DNA from: the human T2T-CHM13v2.0 reference genome, Homo sapiens
DNA: 64,000 nt
Assembly: GCF_009914755.1 (NCBI RefSeq)
Contig: NC_060940.1
Strand: one strand, 5' to 3'
Every line of letters begins with the position of its first letter. The stretch's first letter is position 1. The notes under the pieces are model-generated. The model worked only from the letters and a program-made list of their open reading frames with translations, had not been told where the DNA came from and did not search any database. The position numbers were made by a program, and so were the translations under genes. This document shows, one piece after another, positions 10,601 through 22,600 of the stretch.

Positions 10601-13600
10601 AAAGGCAGAAAAGGAAATATCTTCGTATAAAAACCCGACAGAATCATTCTCAGAAACTGCTCTGTGATGTGTGCGTTCAACTCACAGAGTTTAACTTTTC
10701 TTTTCATTCAGCAGTTTGGAAACACTCTGTTTGTAAAGTCTGCAAGTGGATATCTTGGCCTCTTAGAGGCCTTCGTTGGAAACGGGTTTTTTCATGTAAG
10801 GTTAGACAGAGGAATTCCCAGTAACTTCCTTGTGTTGTGTGCATTCAACTCACAGAGTTGAATGATTCTTTACACAGAGCAGATTTGAGACACTCTTTTG
10901 GTGGAATTTGTTAGTGGAGAATTCAGCCGCTTTGAGGTCAACGGTAGAAAAGGAAATATCTTCGTATAAAAACTAGACAGAATGATTCTCAGAAACTGTT
11001 TTGTGATGTGTGCGTTCAACTCACAGAGTTTAACCTTTCTTTTCAAAGAGCAGTTAGGAAACACTCTGTTTGTAAAGTCTGCAAGTGGATATTCAGACCT
11101 CTTTGAGGCCTTCGTTGGAAACGGGATTTCTTCATATTATGCTAGACAGATGAATTCTCAGTAACTTCCTTGTGTTGTGTGTATTCAACTCACAGAGTTG
11201 AACGATCCTTTACACAGAGCAGATTTGAAACACTGTTTTTCTGGAATTTGCAAGTGGAGATTTCAGCCGCTTTGAGGTCAATGGTAGAAAAAGAAATATC
11301 TTCGTATAAAAACTAGACAGAATGATTCTCAGAAACTCCTTTGTGATGTGTGCGTTCAACTCACAGAGTTTAACCTTTCTTTTCACAGAGCAGTTAGGAA
11401 ACACTCTGTTTGTGAAGCCTGCCAGTGGATATTCGGACCTCTTTGAGGCCTTCGTTGGAAACGGGATTTCTTCATATTATGCTAGACAGAAGATTTCTCA
11501 GTAACTTCTTTGTGTTGTGTGTATGCAACTCACAGAGTTCAACCTTCCTTTAGACAGAGCAGATTTGAAACACTCTTTTTGTGGAATTTGCAAGTGGAGA
11601 TTTCAAGCGCTTCGATGCCAATGGTAGAAAAGGAAATATCTTCGTATAAAAACAAGACAAACTCGTTCCCAGACACTGCGTAGTGATGTGTGTGTTTAAC
11701 TCACAGAGTTTAACCTTTCTTTTCATACAGCATTCTGGAAACCCTCTGTTTGTAAAGTCTGCAAGTGGATATTTGGACCTCTTAGATGCCTTCGTTGGAA
11801 ACGGGATTTCTTCATATAATGCTAGAGGGAAGAATTCTTAGTAACTTCTTTGTGTTGTGTGTATTCAACTGACAGAGTTGAACCTTCCTTTAGACAGAGC
11901 AGATTTGAAAGTCTCTTTTTGTGGAATTTGCAAGTGGAGATTTCAAGCGCTTTGAGGCCAAAAGCAGAAAAGGAAATATTTTCCTATAAAAACTAGACAG
12001 AATCATTCTCAGAAACTGCTCTGTGATGTGTGTGTTCAACTCACAGAGTTTAACTTTCTTTTCATTCAGCAGTTTGGAAACACTCTGTTTGGAAAGTCTG
12101 CACGTGGATATTTTGACCTCTTTGAGGCCTTCGTTGGAAACGGGTTTTTTTCATGTAAGGCTAGACAGAAGAAATCTCAGTAACTTCCTTGTGTTGTGTG
12201 TATTCAACTGACAGAGTTGAACCTTCCTTTAGACAGAGCAGATTCGAAACACTCTTTTTCTGCAATTTGCAAGTGGAGACTTCAAGCGCTTTGAGGCCAA
12301 AGGCAGAAAAGGAAATATCTTCGTATAAAAACCCGACAGAATCATTCTCAGAAACTGCTCTGTGATGTGTGCGTTCAACTCACAGAGTTTAACTTTTCTT
12401 TTCATTCAGCAGTTTGGAAACACTCTGTTTGTAAAGTCTGCAAGTGGATATCTTGGCCTCTTAGAGGCCTTCGTTGGAAACGGGTTTTTTCATGTAAGGT
12501 TAGACAGAGGAATTCCCAGTAACTTCCTTGTGTTGTGTGCATTCAACTCACAGAGTTGAATGATTCTTTACACAGAGCAGATTTGAGACACTCTTTTGGT
12601 GGAATTTGTAAGTGGAGAATTCAGCCGCTTTGAGGTCAACGGTAGAAAAGGAAATATCTTCGTATAAAAACTAGACAGAATGATTCTCAGAAACTGTTTT
12701 GTGATGTGTGCGTTCAACTCACAGAGTTTAACCTTTCTTTTCAAAGAGCAGTTAGGAAACACTCTGTTTGTAAAGTCTGCAAGTGGATATTCAGACCTCT
12801 TTGAGGCCTTCGTTGGAAACGGGATTTCTTCATATTATGCTAGACAGATGAATTCTCAGTAACTTCCTTGTGTTGTGTGTATTCAACTGACAGAGTTGAA
12901 CGATCCTTTACACAGAGCAGATTTGAAACACTGTTTTTCTGGAATTTGCAAGTGGAGATTTCAGCCGCTTTGAGGTCAATGGTAGAAAAAGGAATATCTT
13001 CGTATAAAAACTAGACAGAATGATTCTCAGAAACTCCTTTGTGATGTGTGCGTTCAACTCACAGAGTTTAACCTTTCTTTTCACAGAGCAGTTAGGAAAC
13101 ACTCTGTTTGTGAAGCCTGCCAGTGGATATTCGGACCTCTTTGAGGCCTTCGTTGGAAACGGGATTTCTTCATATTATGCTAGACAGAAGATTTCTCAGT
13201 AACTTCTTTGTGTTGTGTGTATGCAACTCACAGAGTTCAACCTTCCTTTAGACAGAGCAGATTTGAAACACTCTTTTTGTGGAATTTGCAAGTGGAGATT
13301 TCAAGCGCTTCGATGCCAATGGTAGAAAAGGAAATATCTTCGTATAAAAACAAGACAAACTCGTTCCCAGACACTGCGTAGTGATGTGTGTGTTTAACTC
13401 ACAGAGTTTCACCTTTCTTTTCATACAGCATTCTGGAAACCCTCTGTTTGTAAAGTCTGCAAGTGCATATTTGGACCTCTTAGATGCCTTCGTTGGAAAC
13501 GGGATTTCTTCATATAATGCTAGAGGGAAGAATTCTTAGTAACTTCTTTGTGTTGTGTGTATTCAACTGACAGAGTTGAACCTTCCTTTAGACAGAGCAG

Positions 13601-16600
13601 ATTTGAAAGTCTCTTTTTGTGGAATTTGCAAGTGGAGATTTCAAGCGCTTTGAGGCCAAAAGCAGAAAAGGAAATATTTTCCTATAAAAACTAGACAGAA
13701 TCATTCTCAGAAACTTCTCTGTGATGTGTGCGTTCAACTCACAGAGTTTAACTTTCTTTTCATTCAGCAGTTTGGAAACACTCTGTTTGGAAAGTCTGCA
13801 CGTGGATATTTTGACCTCTTTGAGGCCTTCGTTGGAAACGGGTTTTTTTCATGTAAGGCTAGACAGAAGAAATCTCAGTAACTTCCTTGTGTTGTGTGTA
13901 TTCAACTGACAGAGTTGAACCTTCCTTTAGACAGAGCAGATTCGAAACACTCTTTTTCTGCAATTTGCAAGTGGATACTTCAAGCGCTTTGAGGCCAAAG
14001 GCAGAAAAGGAAATATCTTCGTATAAAAACCCGACAGAATCATTCTCAGAAACTGCTCTGTGATGTGTGCGTTCACCTCACAGAGTTTAACTTTTCTTTT
14101 CATTCAGCAGTTTGGAAACACTCTGTTTGGAAAGTCTGCAAGTGGATATCTTGGCCTCTTAGAGGCCTTCGTTGGAAACGGGTTTTTTCATGTAAGGTTA
14201 GACAGAGGAATTCCCAGTAACTTCCTTGTGTTGTGTGCATTCAACTCACAGAGTTGAATGATTCTTTACACAGAGCAGATTTGAGACACTCTTTTGGTGG
14301 AATTTGTTAGTGGAGAATTCAGCCGCTTTGAGGTCAACGGTAGAAAAGGAAATATCTTCGTATAAAAACTAGACAGAATGATTCTCAGAAACTGTTTTGT
14401 GATGTGTGCGTTCAACTCACAGAGTTTAACCTTTCTTTTCAAAGAGCAGTTAGGAAACACTCTGTTTGTAAAGTCTGCAAGTGGATATTCAGACCTCTTT
14501 GAGGCCTTCGTTGGAAACGGGATTTCTTCATATTATGCTAGACAGATGAATTCTCAGTAACTTCCTTGTGTTGTGTGTATTCAACTCACAGAGTTGAACG
14601 ATCCTTTACACAGAGCAGATTTGAAACACTGTTTTTCTGGAATTTGCAAGTGGAGATTTCAGCCGCTTTGAGGTCAATGGTAGAAAAAGAAATATCTTCG
14701 TATAAAAACTAGACAGAATGATTCTCAGAAACTCCTTTGTGATGTGTGCGTTCAACTCACAGAGTTTAACCTTTCTTTTCACAGAGCAGTTAGGAAACAC
14801 TCTGTTTGTGAAGCCTGCCAGTGGATATTCGGACCTCTTTGAGGCCTTCGTTGGAAACGGGATTTCTTCATATTATGCTAGACAGAAGATTTCTCAGTAA
14901 CTTCTTTGTGTTGTGTGTATGCAACTCACAGAGTTCAACCTTCCTTTAGACAGAGCAGATTTGAAACACTCTTTTTGTGGAATTTGCAAGTGGAGATTTC
15001 AAGCGCTTCGATGCCAATGGTAGAAAAGGAAATATCTTCGCATAAAAACAAGACAAACTCGTTCCCAGACACTGCGTAGTGATGTGTGTGTTTAACTCAC
15101 AGAGTTTCACCTTTCTTTTCATACAGCATTCTGGAAACCCTCTGTTTGTAAAGTCTGCAAGTGGATATTTGGACCTCTTAGATGCCTTCGTTGGAAACGG
15201 GATTTCTTCATATAATGCTAGAGGGAAGAATTCTTAGTAACTTCTTTGTGTTGTGTGTATTCAACTGACAGAGTTGAACCTTCCTTTAGACAGAGCAGAT
15301 TTGAAAGTCTCTTTTTGTGGAATTTGCAAGTGGAGATTTCAAGCGCTTTGAGGCCAAAAGCAGAAAAGGAAATATTTTCCTATAAAAACTAGACAGAATC
15401 TTTCTCAGAAACTGCTCTGGGATGTGTGTGTTCAACTCACACAGTTTAACTTTTCTTTTCATTCAGCAGTTTGGAAACACTCTGTTTGGAAAGTCTGCAC
15501 GTGGATATTTTGACCTCTTTGAGGCCTTCGTTGGAAACGGGTTTTTTTCATGTAAGGCTAGACAGAAGAAATCTCAGTAACTTCCTTGTGTTGTGTGTAT
15601 TCAACTGACAGAGTTGAACCTTCCTTTAGACAGAGCAGATTCGAAACACTCTTTTTCTGCAATTTGCAAGTGGAGACTTCAAGCGCTTTGAGGCCAAAGG
15701 CAGAAAAGGAAATATCTTCGTATAAAAACCCGACAGAATCATTCTCAGAAACTGCTCTGTGATGTGTGCGTTCAACTCACAGAGTTTAACTTTTCTTTTC
15801 ATTCAGCAGTTTGGAAACACTCTGTTTGTAAAGTCTGCAAGTGGATATCTTGGCCTCTTAGAGGCCTTCGTTGGAAACGGGTTTTTTCATGTAAGGTTAG
15901 ACAGAGGAATTCCCAGTAACTTCCTCGTGTTGTGTGCATTCAACTCACAGAGTTGAATGATTCTTTACACAGAGCAGATTTGAGACACTCTTTTGGTGGA
16001 ATTTGTAATTGGAGAATTCAGCCGCTTTGAGGTCAACGGTAGAAAAGGAAATATCTTCGTATAAAAACTAGACAGAATGATTCTCAGAAACTGTTTTGTG
16101 ATGTGTGCGTTCAACTCACAGAGTTTAACCTTTCTTTTCAAAGAGCAGTTAGGAAACACTCTGTTTGTAAAGTCTGCAAGTGGATATTCAGACCTCTTTG
16201 AGGCCTTCGTTGGAAACGGGATTTCTTCATATTATGCTAGACAGATGAATTCTCAGTAACTTCCTTGTGTTGTGTGTATTCAACTCACAGAGTTGAACGA
16301 TCCTTTACACAGAGCAGATTTGAAACACTGTTTTTCTGGAATTTGCAAGTGGAGATTTCAGCCGCTTTGAGGTCAATGGTAGAAAAAGAAATATCTTCGT
16401 ATAAAAACTAGACAGAATGATTCTCAGAAACTCCTTTGTGATGTGTGCGTTCAACTCACAGAGTTTAACCTTTCTTTTCACAGAGCAGTTAGGAAACACT
16501 CTGTTTGTGAAGCCTGCCAGTGGATATTCGGACCTCTTTGAGGCCTTCGTTGGATACGGGATTTCTTCATATTATGCTAGACAGAAGATTTCTCAGTAAC

Positions 16601-19600
16601 TTCTTTGTGTTGTGTGTATGCAACTCACAGAGTTCAACCTTCCTTTAGACAGAGCAGATTTGAAACACTCTTTTTGTGGAATTTGCAAGTGGAGATTTCA
16701 AGCGCTTCGATGCCAATGGTAGAAAAGGAAATATCTTCGTATAAAAACAAGACAAACTCGTTCCCAGACACTGCGTAGTGATGTGTGTGTTTAACTCACA
16801 GAGTTTAACCTTTCTTCTCATACAGCATTCTGGAAACCCTCTGTTTGTAAAGTCTGCAAGTGGATATTTGGACCTCTTAGATGCCTTCGTTGGAAACGGG
16901 ATTTCTTCATATAATGCTAGAGGGAAGAATTCTTAGTAACTTCTTTGTGTTGTGTGTATTCAACTGACAGAGTTGAACCTTCCTTTAGACAGAGCAGATT
17001 TGAAAGTCTCTTTTTGTGGAATTTGCAAGTGGAGATTTCAAGCGCTTTGAGGCCAAAAGCAGAAAAGGAAATATTTTCCTATAAAAACTAGACAGAATCA
17101 TTCTCAGAAACTGCTCTGTGATGTGTGTGTTCAACTCACAGAGTTTAACTTTCTTTTCATTCAGCAGTTTGGAAACACTCTGTTTGGAAAGTCTGCACGT
17201 GGATATTTTGACCTCTTTGAGGCCTTCGTTGGAAACGGGTTTTTTTCATGTAACGCTAGACAGAAGAAATCTCAGTAACTTCCTTGTGTTGTGTGTATTC
17301 AACTGACAGAGTTGAACCTTCCTTTAGACAGAGCAGATTCGAAACACTCTTTTTCTGCAATTTGCAAGTGGAGACTTCAAGCGCTTTGAGGCCAAAGGCA
17401 GAAAAGGAAATATCTTCGTATAAAAACCCGACAGAATCATTCTCAGAAACTGCTCTGTGATGTGTGCGTTCAACTCACAGAGTTTAACTTTTCTTTTCAT
17501 TCAGCAGTTTGGAAACACTCTGTTTGTAAAGTCTGCAAGTGGATATCTTGGCCTCTTAGAGGCCTTCGTTGGAAACGGGTTTTTTCATGTAAGGTTAGAC
17601 AGAGGAATTCCCAGTAACTTCCTTGTGTTGTGTGCATTCAACTCACAGAGTTGAATGATTCTTTACACAGAGCAGATTTGAGACACTCTTTTGGTGGAAT
17701 TTGTAAGTGGAGAATTCAGCCGCTTTGAGGTCAACGGTAGAAAAGGAAATATCTTCGTATAAAAACTAGACAGAATGATTCTCAGAAACTGTTTTGTGAT
17801 GTGTGCGTTCAACTCACAGAGTTTAACCTTTCTTTTCAAAGAGCAGTTAGGAAACACTCTGTTTGTAAAGTCTGCAAGTGGATATTCAGACCTCTTTGAG
17901 GCCTTCGTTGGAAACGGGATTTCTTCATATTATGCTAGACAGATGAATTCTCAGTAACTTCCTTGTGTTGTGTGTATTCAACTCACAGAGTTGAACGATC
18001 CTTTACACAGAGCAGATTTGAAACACTGTTTTTCTGGAATTTGCAAGTGGAGATTTCAGCCGCTTTGAGGTCAATGGTAGAAAAAGGAATATCTTCGTAT
18101 AAAAACTAGACAGAATGATTCTCAGAAACTCCTTTGTGATGTGTGCGTTCAACTCACAGAGTTTAACCTTTCTTTTCACAGAGCAGTTAGGAAACACTCT
18201 GTTTGTGAAGCCTGCCAGTGGATATTCGGACCTCTTTGAGGCCTTCGTTGGAAACGGGATTTCTTCATATTATGCTAGACAGAAGATTTCTCAGTAACTT
18301 CCTTGTGTTGTGTGTATGCAACTCACAGAGTTCAACCTTCCTTTAGACAGAGCAGATTTGAAACACTCTTTTTGTGGAATTTGCAAGTGGAGATTTCAAG
18401 CGCTTCGATGCCAATGGTAGAAAAGGAAATATCTTCGTATAAAAACAAGACAAACTCGTTCCCAGACACTGCGTAGTGATGTGTGTGTTTAACTCACAGA
18501 GTTTCACCTTTCTTTTCATACAGCATTCTGGAAACCCTCTGTTTGTAAAGTCTGCAAGTGGATATTTGGACCTCTTAGATGCCTTCGTTGGAAACGGGAT
18601 TTCTTCATATAATGCTAGAGGGAAGAATTCTTAGTAACTTCTTTGTGTTGTGTGTATTCAACTGACAGAGTTGAACCTTCCTTTAGACAGAGCAGATTTG
18701 AAAGTCTCTTTTTGTGGAATTTGCAAGTGGAGATTTCAAGCGCTTTGAGGCCAAAAGCAGAAAAGGAAATATTTTCCTATAAAAACTAGACAGAATCTTT
18801 CTCAGAAACTGCTCTGGGATGTGTGCGTTCAACTCACAGAGTTTAACTTTTCTTTTCATTCAGCAGTTTGGAAACACTCTGTTTGGAAAGTCTGCACGTG
18901 GATATTTTGACCTCTTTGAGGCCTTCGTTGGAAACGGGTTTTTTTCATGTAAGGCTAGACAGAAGAAATCTCAGTAACTTCCTTGTGTTGTGTGTATTCA
19001 ACTGACAGAGTTGAACCTTCTTTTAGACAGAGCAGATTCGAAACACTCTTTTTCTGCAATTTGCAAGTGGAGACTTCAAGCGCTTTGAGGCCAAAGGCAG
19101 AAAAGGAAATATCTTCGTATAAAAACCCGACAGAATCATTCTCAGAAACTGCTCTGTGATGTGTGCGTTCAACTCACAGAGTTTAACTTTTCTTTTCATT
19201 CAGCAGTTTGGAAACACTCTGTTTGTAAAGTCTGCAAGTGGATATCTTGGCCTCTTAGAGGCCTTCGTTGGAAACGGGTTTTTTCATGTAAGGTTAGACA
19301 GAGGAATTCCCAGTAACTTCCTTGTGTTGTGTGCATTCAACTCACAGAGTTGAATGATTCTTTACACAGAGCAGATTTGAGACACTCTTTTGGTGGAATT
19401 TGTAAGTGGAGAATTCAGCCGCTTTGAGGTCAACGGTAGAAAAGGAAATATCTTCGTATAAAAACTAGACAGAATGATTCTCAGAAACTGTTTTGTGATG
19501 TGTGCGTTCAACTCACAGAGTTTAACCTTTCTTTTCAAAGAGCAGTTAGGAAACACTCTGTTTGTAAAGTCTGCAAGTGGATATTCAGACCTCTTTGACG

Positions 19601-22600
19601 CCTTCGTTGGAAACGGGATTTCTTCATATTATGCTAGACAGATGAATTCTCAGTAACTTCCTTGTGTTGTGTGTATTCAACTCACAGAGTTGAACGATCC
19701 TTTACACAGAACAGATTTGAAACACTGTTTTTCTGGAATTTGCAAGTGGAGATTTCAGCTGCTTTGAGGTCAATGGTAGAAAAGGAAATATCTTCGTATA
19801 AAAACTAGACAGAATGATTCTCAGAAACTCCTTTGTGATGTGTGCGTTCAACTCACAGAGTTTAACCTTTCTTTTCACAGAGCAGTTAGGAAACACTCTG
19901 TTTGTGAAGCCTGCCAGTGGATATTCGGACCTCTTTGAGGCCTTCGTTGGAAACGGGATTTCTTCATATTATTGTAGACAGAAGATGTCTCAGTAACTTC
20001 TTTGTGTTGTGTGTATGCAACTCACAGAGTTCAACCTTCCTTTAGACAGAGCAGATTTGAAACACTCTTTTTGTGGAATTTGCAAGTGGAGATTTCAAGC
20101 GCTTCGATGCCAATGGTAGAAAAGGAAATATCTTCGTATAAAAACAAGACGAACTCGTTCCCAGACACTGCGTAGTGATGTGTGTGTTTAACTCACAGAG
20201 TTTAACCTTTCTTTTCATACGGCATTCTGGAAACCCTCTGTTTGTAAAGTCTGCAAGTGCATAGTTGGACCTCTTAGATGCCTTCGTTGGAAACGGGATT
20301 TCTTCATATAATGCTAGAGGGAAGAATTCTTAGTAACTTCTTTGTGTTGTGTGTATTCAACTGACAGAGTTGAACCTTCCTTTAGACAGAGCAGATTTGA
20401 AAGTGTCTTTTTGTGGAATTTGCAAGTGGAGATTTCAAGCGCTTTGAGGCCAAAAGCAGAAAAGGAAATATTTTCCTATAAAAACTAGACAGAATCATTC
20501 TCAGAAACTGCTCTGTGATGTGTGTGTTCAACTCACAGAGTTTAACTTTCTTTTCATTCAGCAGTTTGGAAACATTCTGTTTGGAAAGTCTGCACGTGGA
20601 TATTTTGACCTCTTTGAGGCCTTCGTTGGAAACGGGTTTTTTTCATGTAAGGCTAGACAGAAGAAATCTCAGTAACTTCCTTGTGTTGTGTGTATTCAAC
20701 TGACAGAGTTGAACCTTCCTTTAGACAGAGCAGATTCGAAACACTCTTTTTCTGCAATTTGCAAGTGGAGACTTCAAGCGCTTTGAGGCCAAAGGCAGAA
20801 AAGGAAATATCTTCGTATAAAAACCCGACAGAATCATTGTCAGAAACTGCTCTGTGATGTGTGCGTTCAACTCACAGAGTTTAACTTTTCTTTTCATTCA
20901 GCAGTTTGGAAACACTCTGTTTGTAAAGTCTGCAAGTGGATATCTTGGCCTCTTAGAGGCCTTCGTTGGAAACGGGTTTTTTCATGTAAGGTTAGACAGA
21001 GGAATTCCCAGTAACTTCCTTGTGTTGTGTGCATTCAACTCACAGAGTTGAATGATTCTTTACACAGAGCAGATTTGAGACACTCTTTTGGTGGAATTTG
21101 TTAGTGGAGAATTCAGCCGCTTTGAGGTCAACGGTAGAAAAGGAAATATCTTCGTATAAAAACTAGACAGAATGATTCTCAGAAACTGTTTTGTGATGTG
21201 TGCGTTCAACTCACAGAGTTTAACCTTTCTTTTCAAAGAGCAGTTAGGAAACACTCTGTTTGTAAAGTCTGCAAGTGGATATTCAGACCTCTTTGAGGCC
21301 TTCGTTGGAAACGGGATTTCTTCATATTATGCTAGACAGATGAATTCTCAGTAACTTCCTTGTGTTGTGTGTATTCAACTCACAGAGTTGAACGATCCTT
21401 TACACAGAGCAGATTTGAAACACTGTTTTTCTGGAATTTGCAAGTGGAGATTTCAGCCGCTTTGAGGTCAATGGTAGAAAAAGAAATATCTTCGTATAAA
21501 AACTAGACAGAATGATTCTCAGAAACTCCTTTGTGATGTGTGCGTTCAACTCACAGAGTTTAACCTTTCTTTTCACAGAGCAGTTAGGAAACACTCTGTT
21601 TGTGAAGCCTGCCAGTGGATATTCGGACCTCTTTGAGGCCTTCGTTGGAAACGGGATTTCTTCATATTATGCTAGACAGAAGATTTCTCAGTAACTTCTT
21701 TGTGTTGTGTGTATGCAACTCACAGAGTTCAACCTTCCTTTAGACAGAGCAGATTTGAAACACTCTTTTTGTGGAATTTGCAAGTGGAGATTTCAAGCGC
21801 TTCGATGCCAATGGTAGAAAAGGAAATATCTTCGTATAAAAACAAGACAAACTCGTTCCCAGACACTGCGTAGTGATGTGTGTGTTTAACTCACAGAGTT
21901 TCACCTTTCTTTTCATACAGCATTCTTGAAACCCTCTGTTTGTAAAGTCTGCAAGTGGATATTTGGACCTCTTAGATGCCTTCGTTGGAAACGGGATTTC
22001 TTCATATAATGCTAGAGGGAAGAATTCTTAGTAACTTCTTTGTGTTGTGTGTATTCAACTGACAGAGTTGAACCTTCCTTTAGACAGAGCAGATTTGAAA
22101 GTCTCTTTTTGTGGAATTTGCAAGTGGAGATTTCAAGCGCTTTGAGGCCAAAAGCAGAAAAGGAAATATTTTCCTATAAAAACTAGACAGAATCATTCTC
22201 AGAAACTGCTCTGGGATGTGTGCGTTCAACTCACAGAGTTTAACTTTTCTTTTCATTCAGCAGTTTGGAAACACTCTGTTTGGAAAGTCTGCACGTGGAT
22301 ATTTTGACCTCTTTGAGGCCTTCGTTGGAAACGGGTTTTTTTCATGTAAGGCTAGACAGAAGAAATCTCAGTAACTTCCTTGTGTTGTGTGTATTCAACT
22401 GACAGAGTTGAACCTTCCTTTAGACAGAGCAGATTCGAAACACTCTTTTTCTGCAATTTGCAAGTGGAGACTTCAAGCGCTTTGAGGCCAAAGGCAGAAA
22501 AGGAAATATCTTCCTATAAAAACCCGACAGAATCATTCTCAGAAACTGCTCTGTGATGTGTGCGTTCAACTCACAGAGTTTAACTTTTCTTTTCATTCAG

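Noticed and set aside
16545-16561. Variant CENP-B box CTTCGTTGGATACGGGA
   Set aside because: The change is at non-core position 11 and the 9 essential bases are intact, so it is not counted as a lost box.
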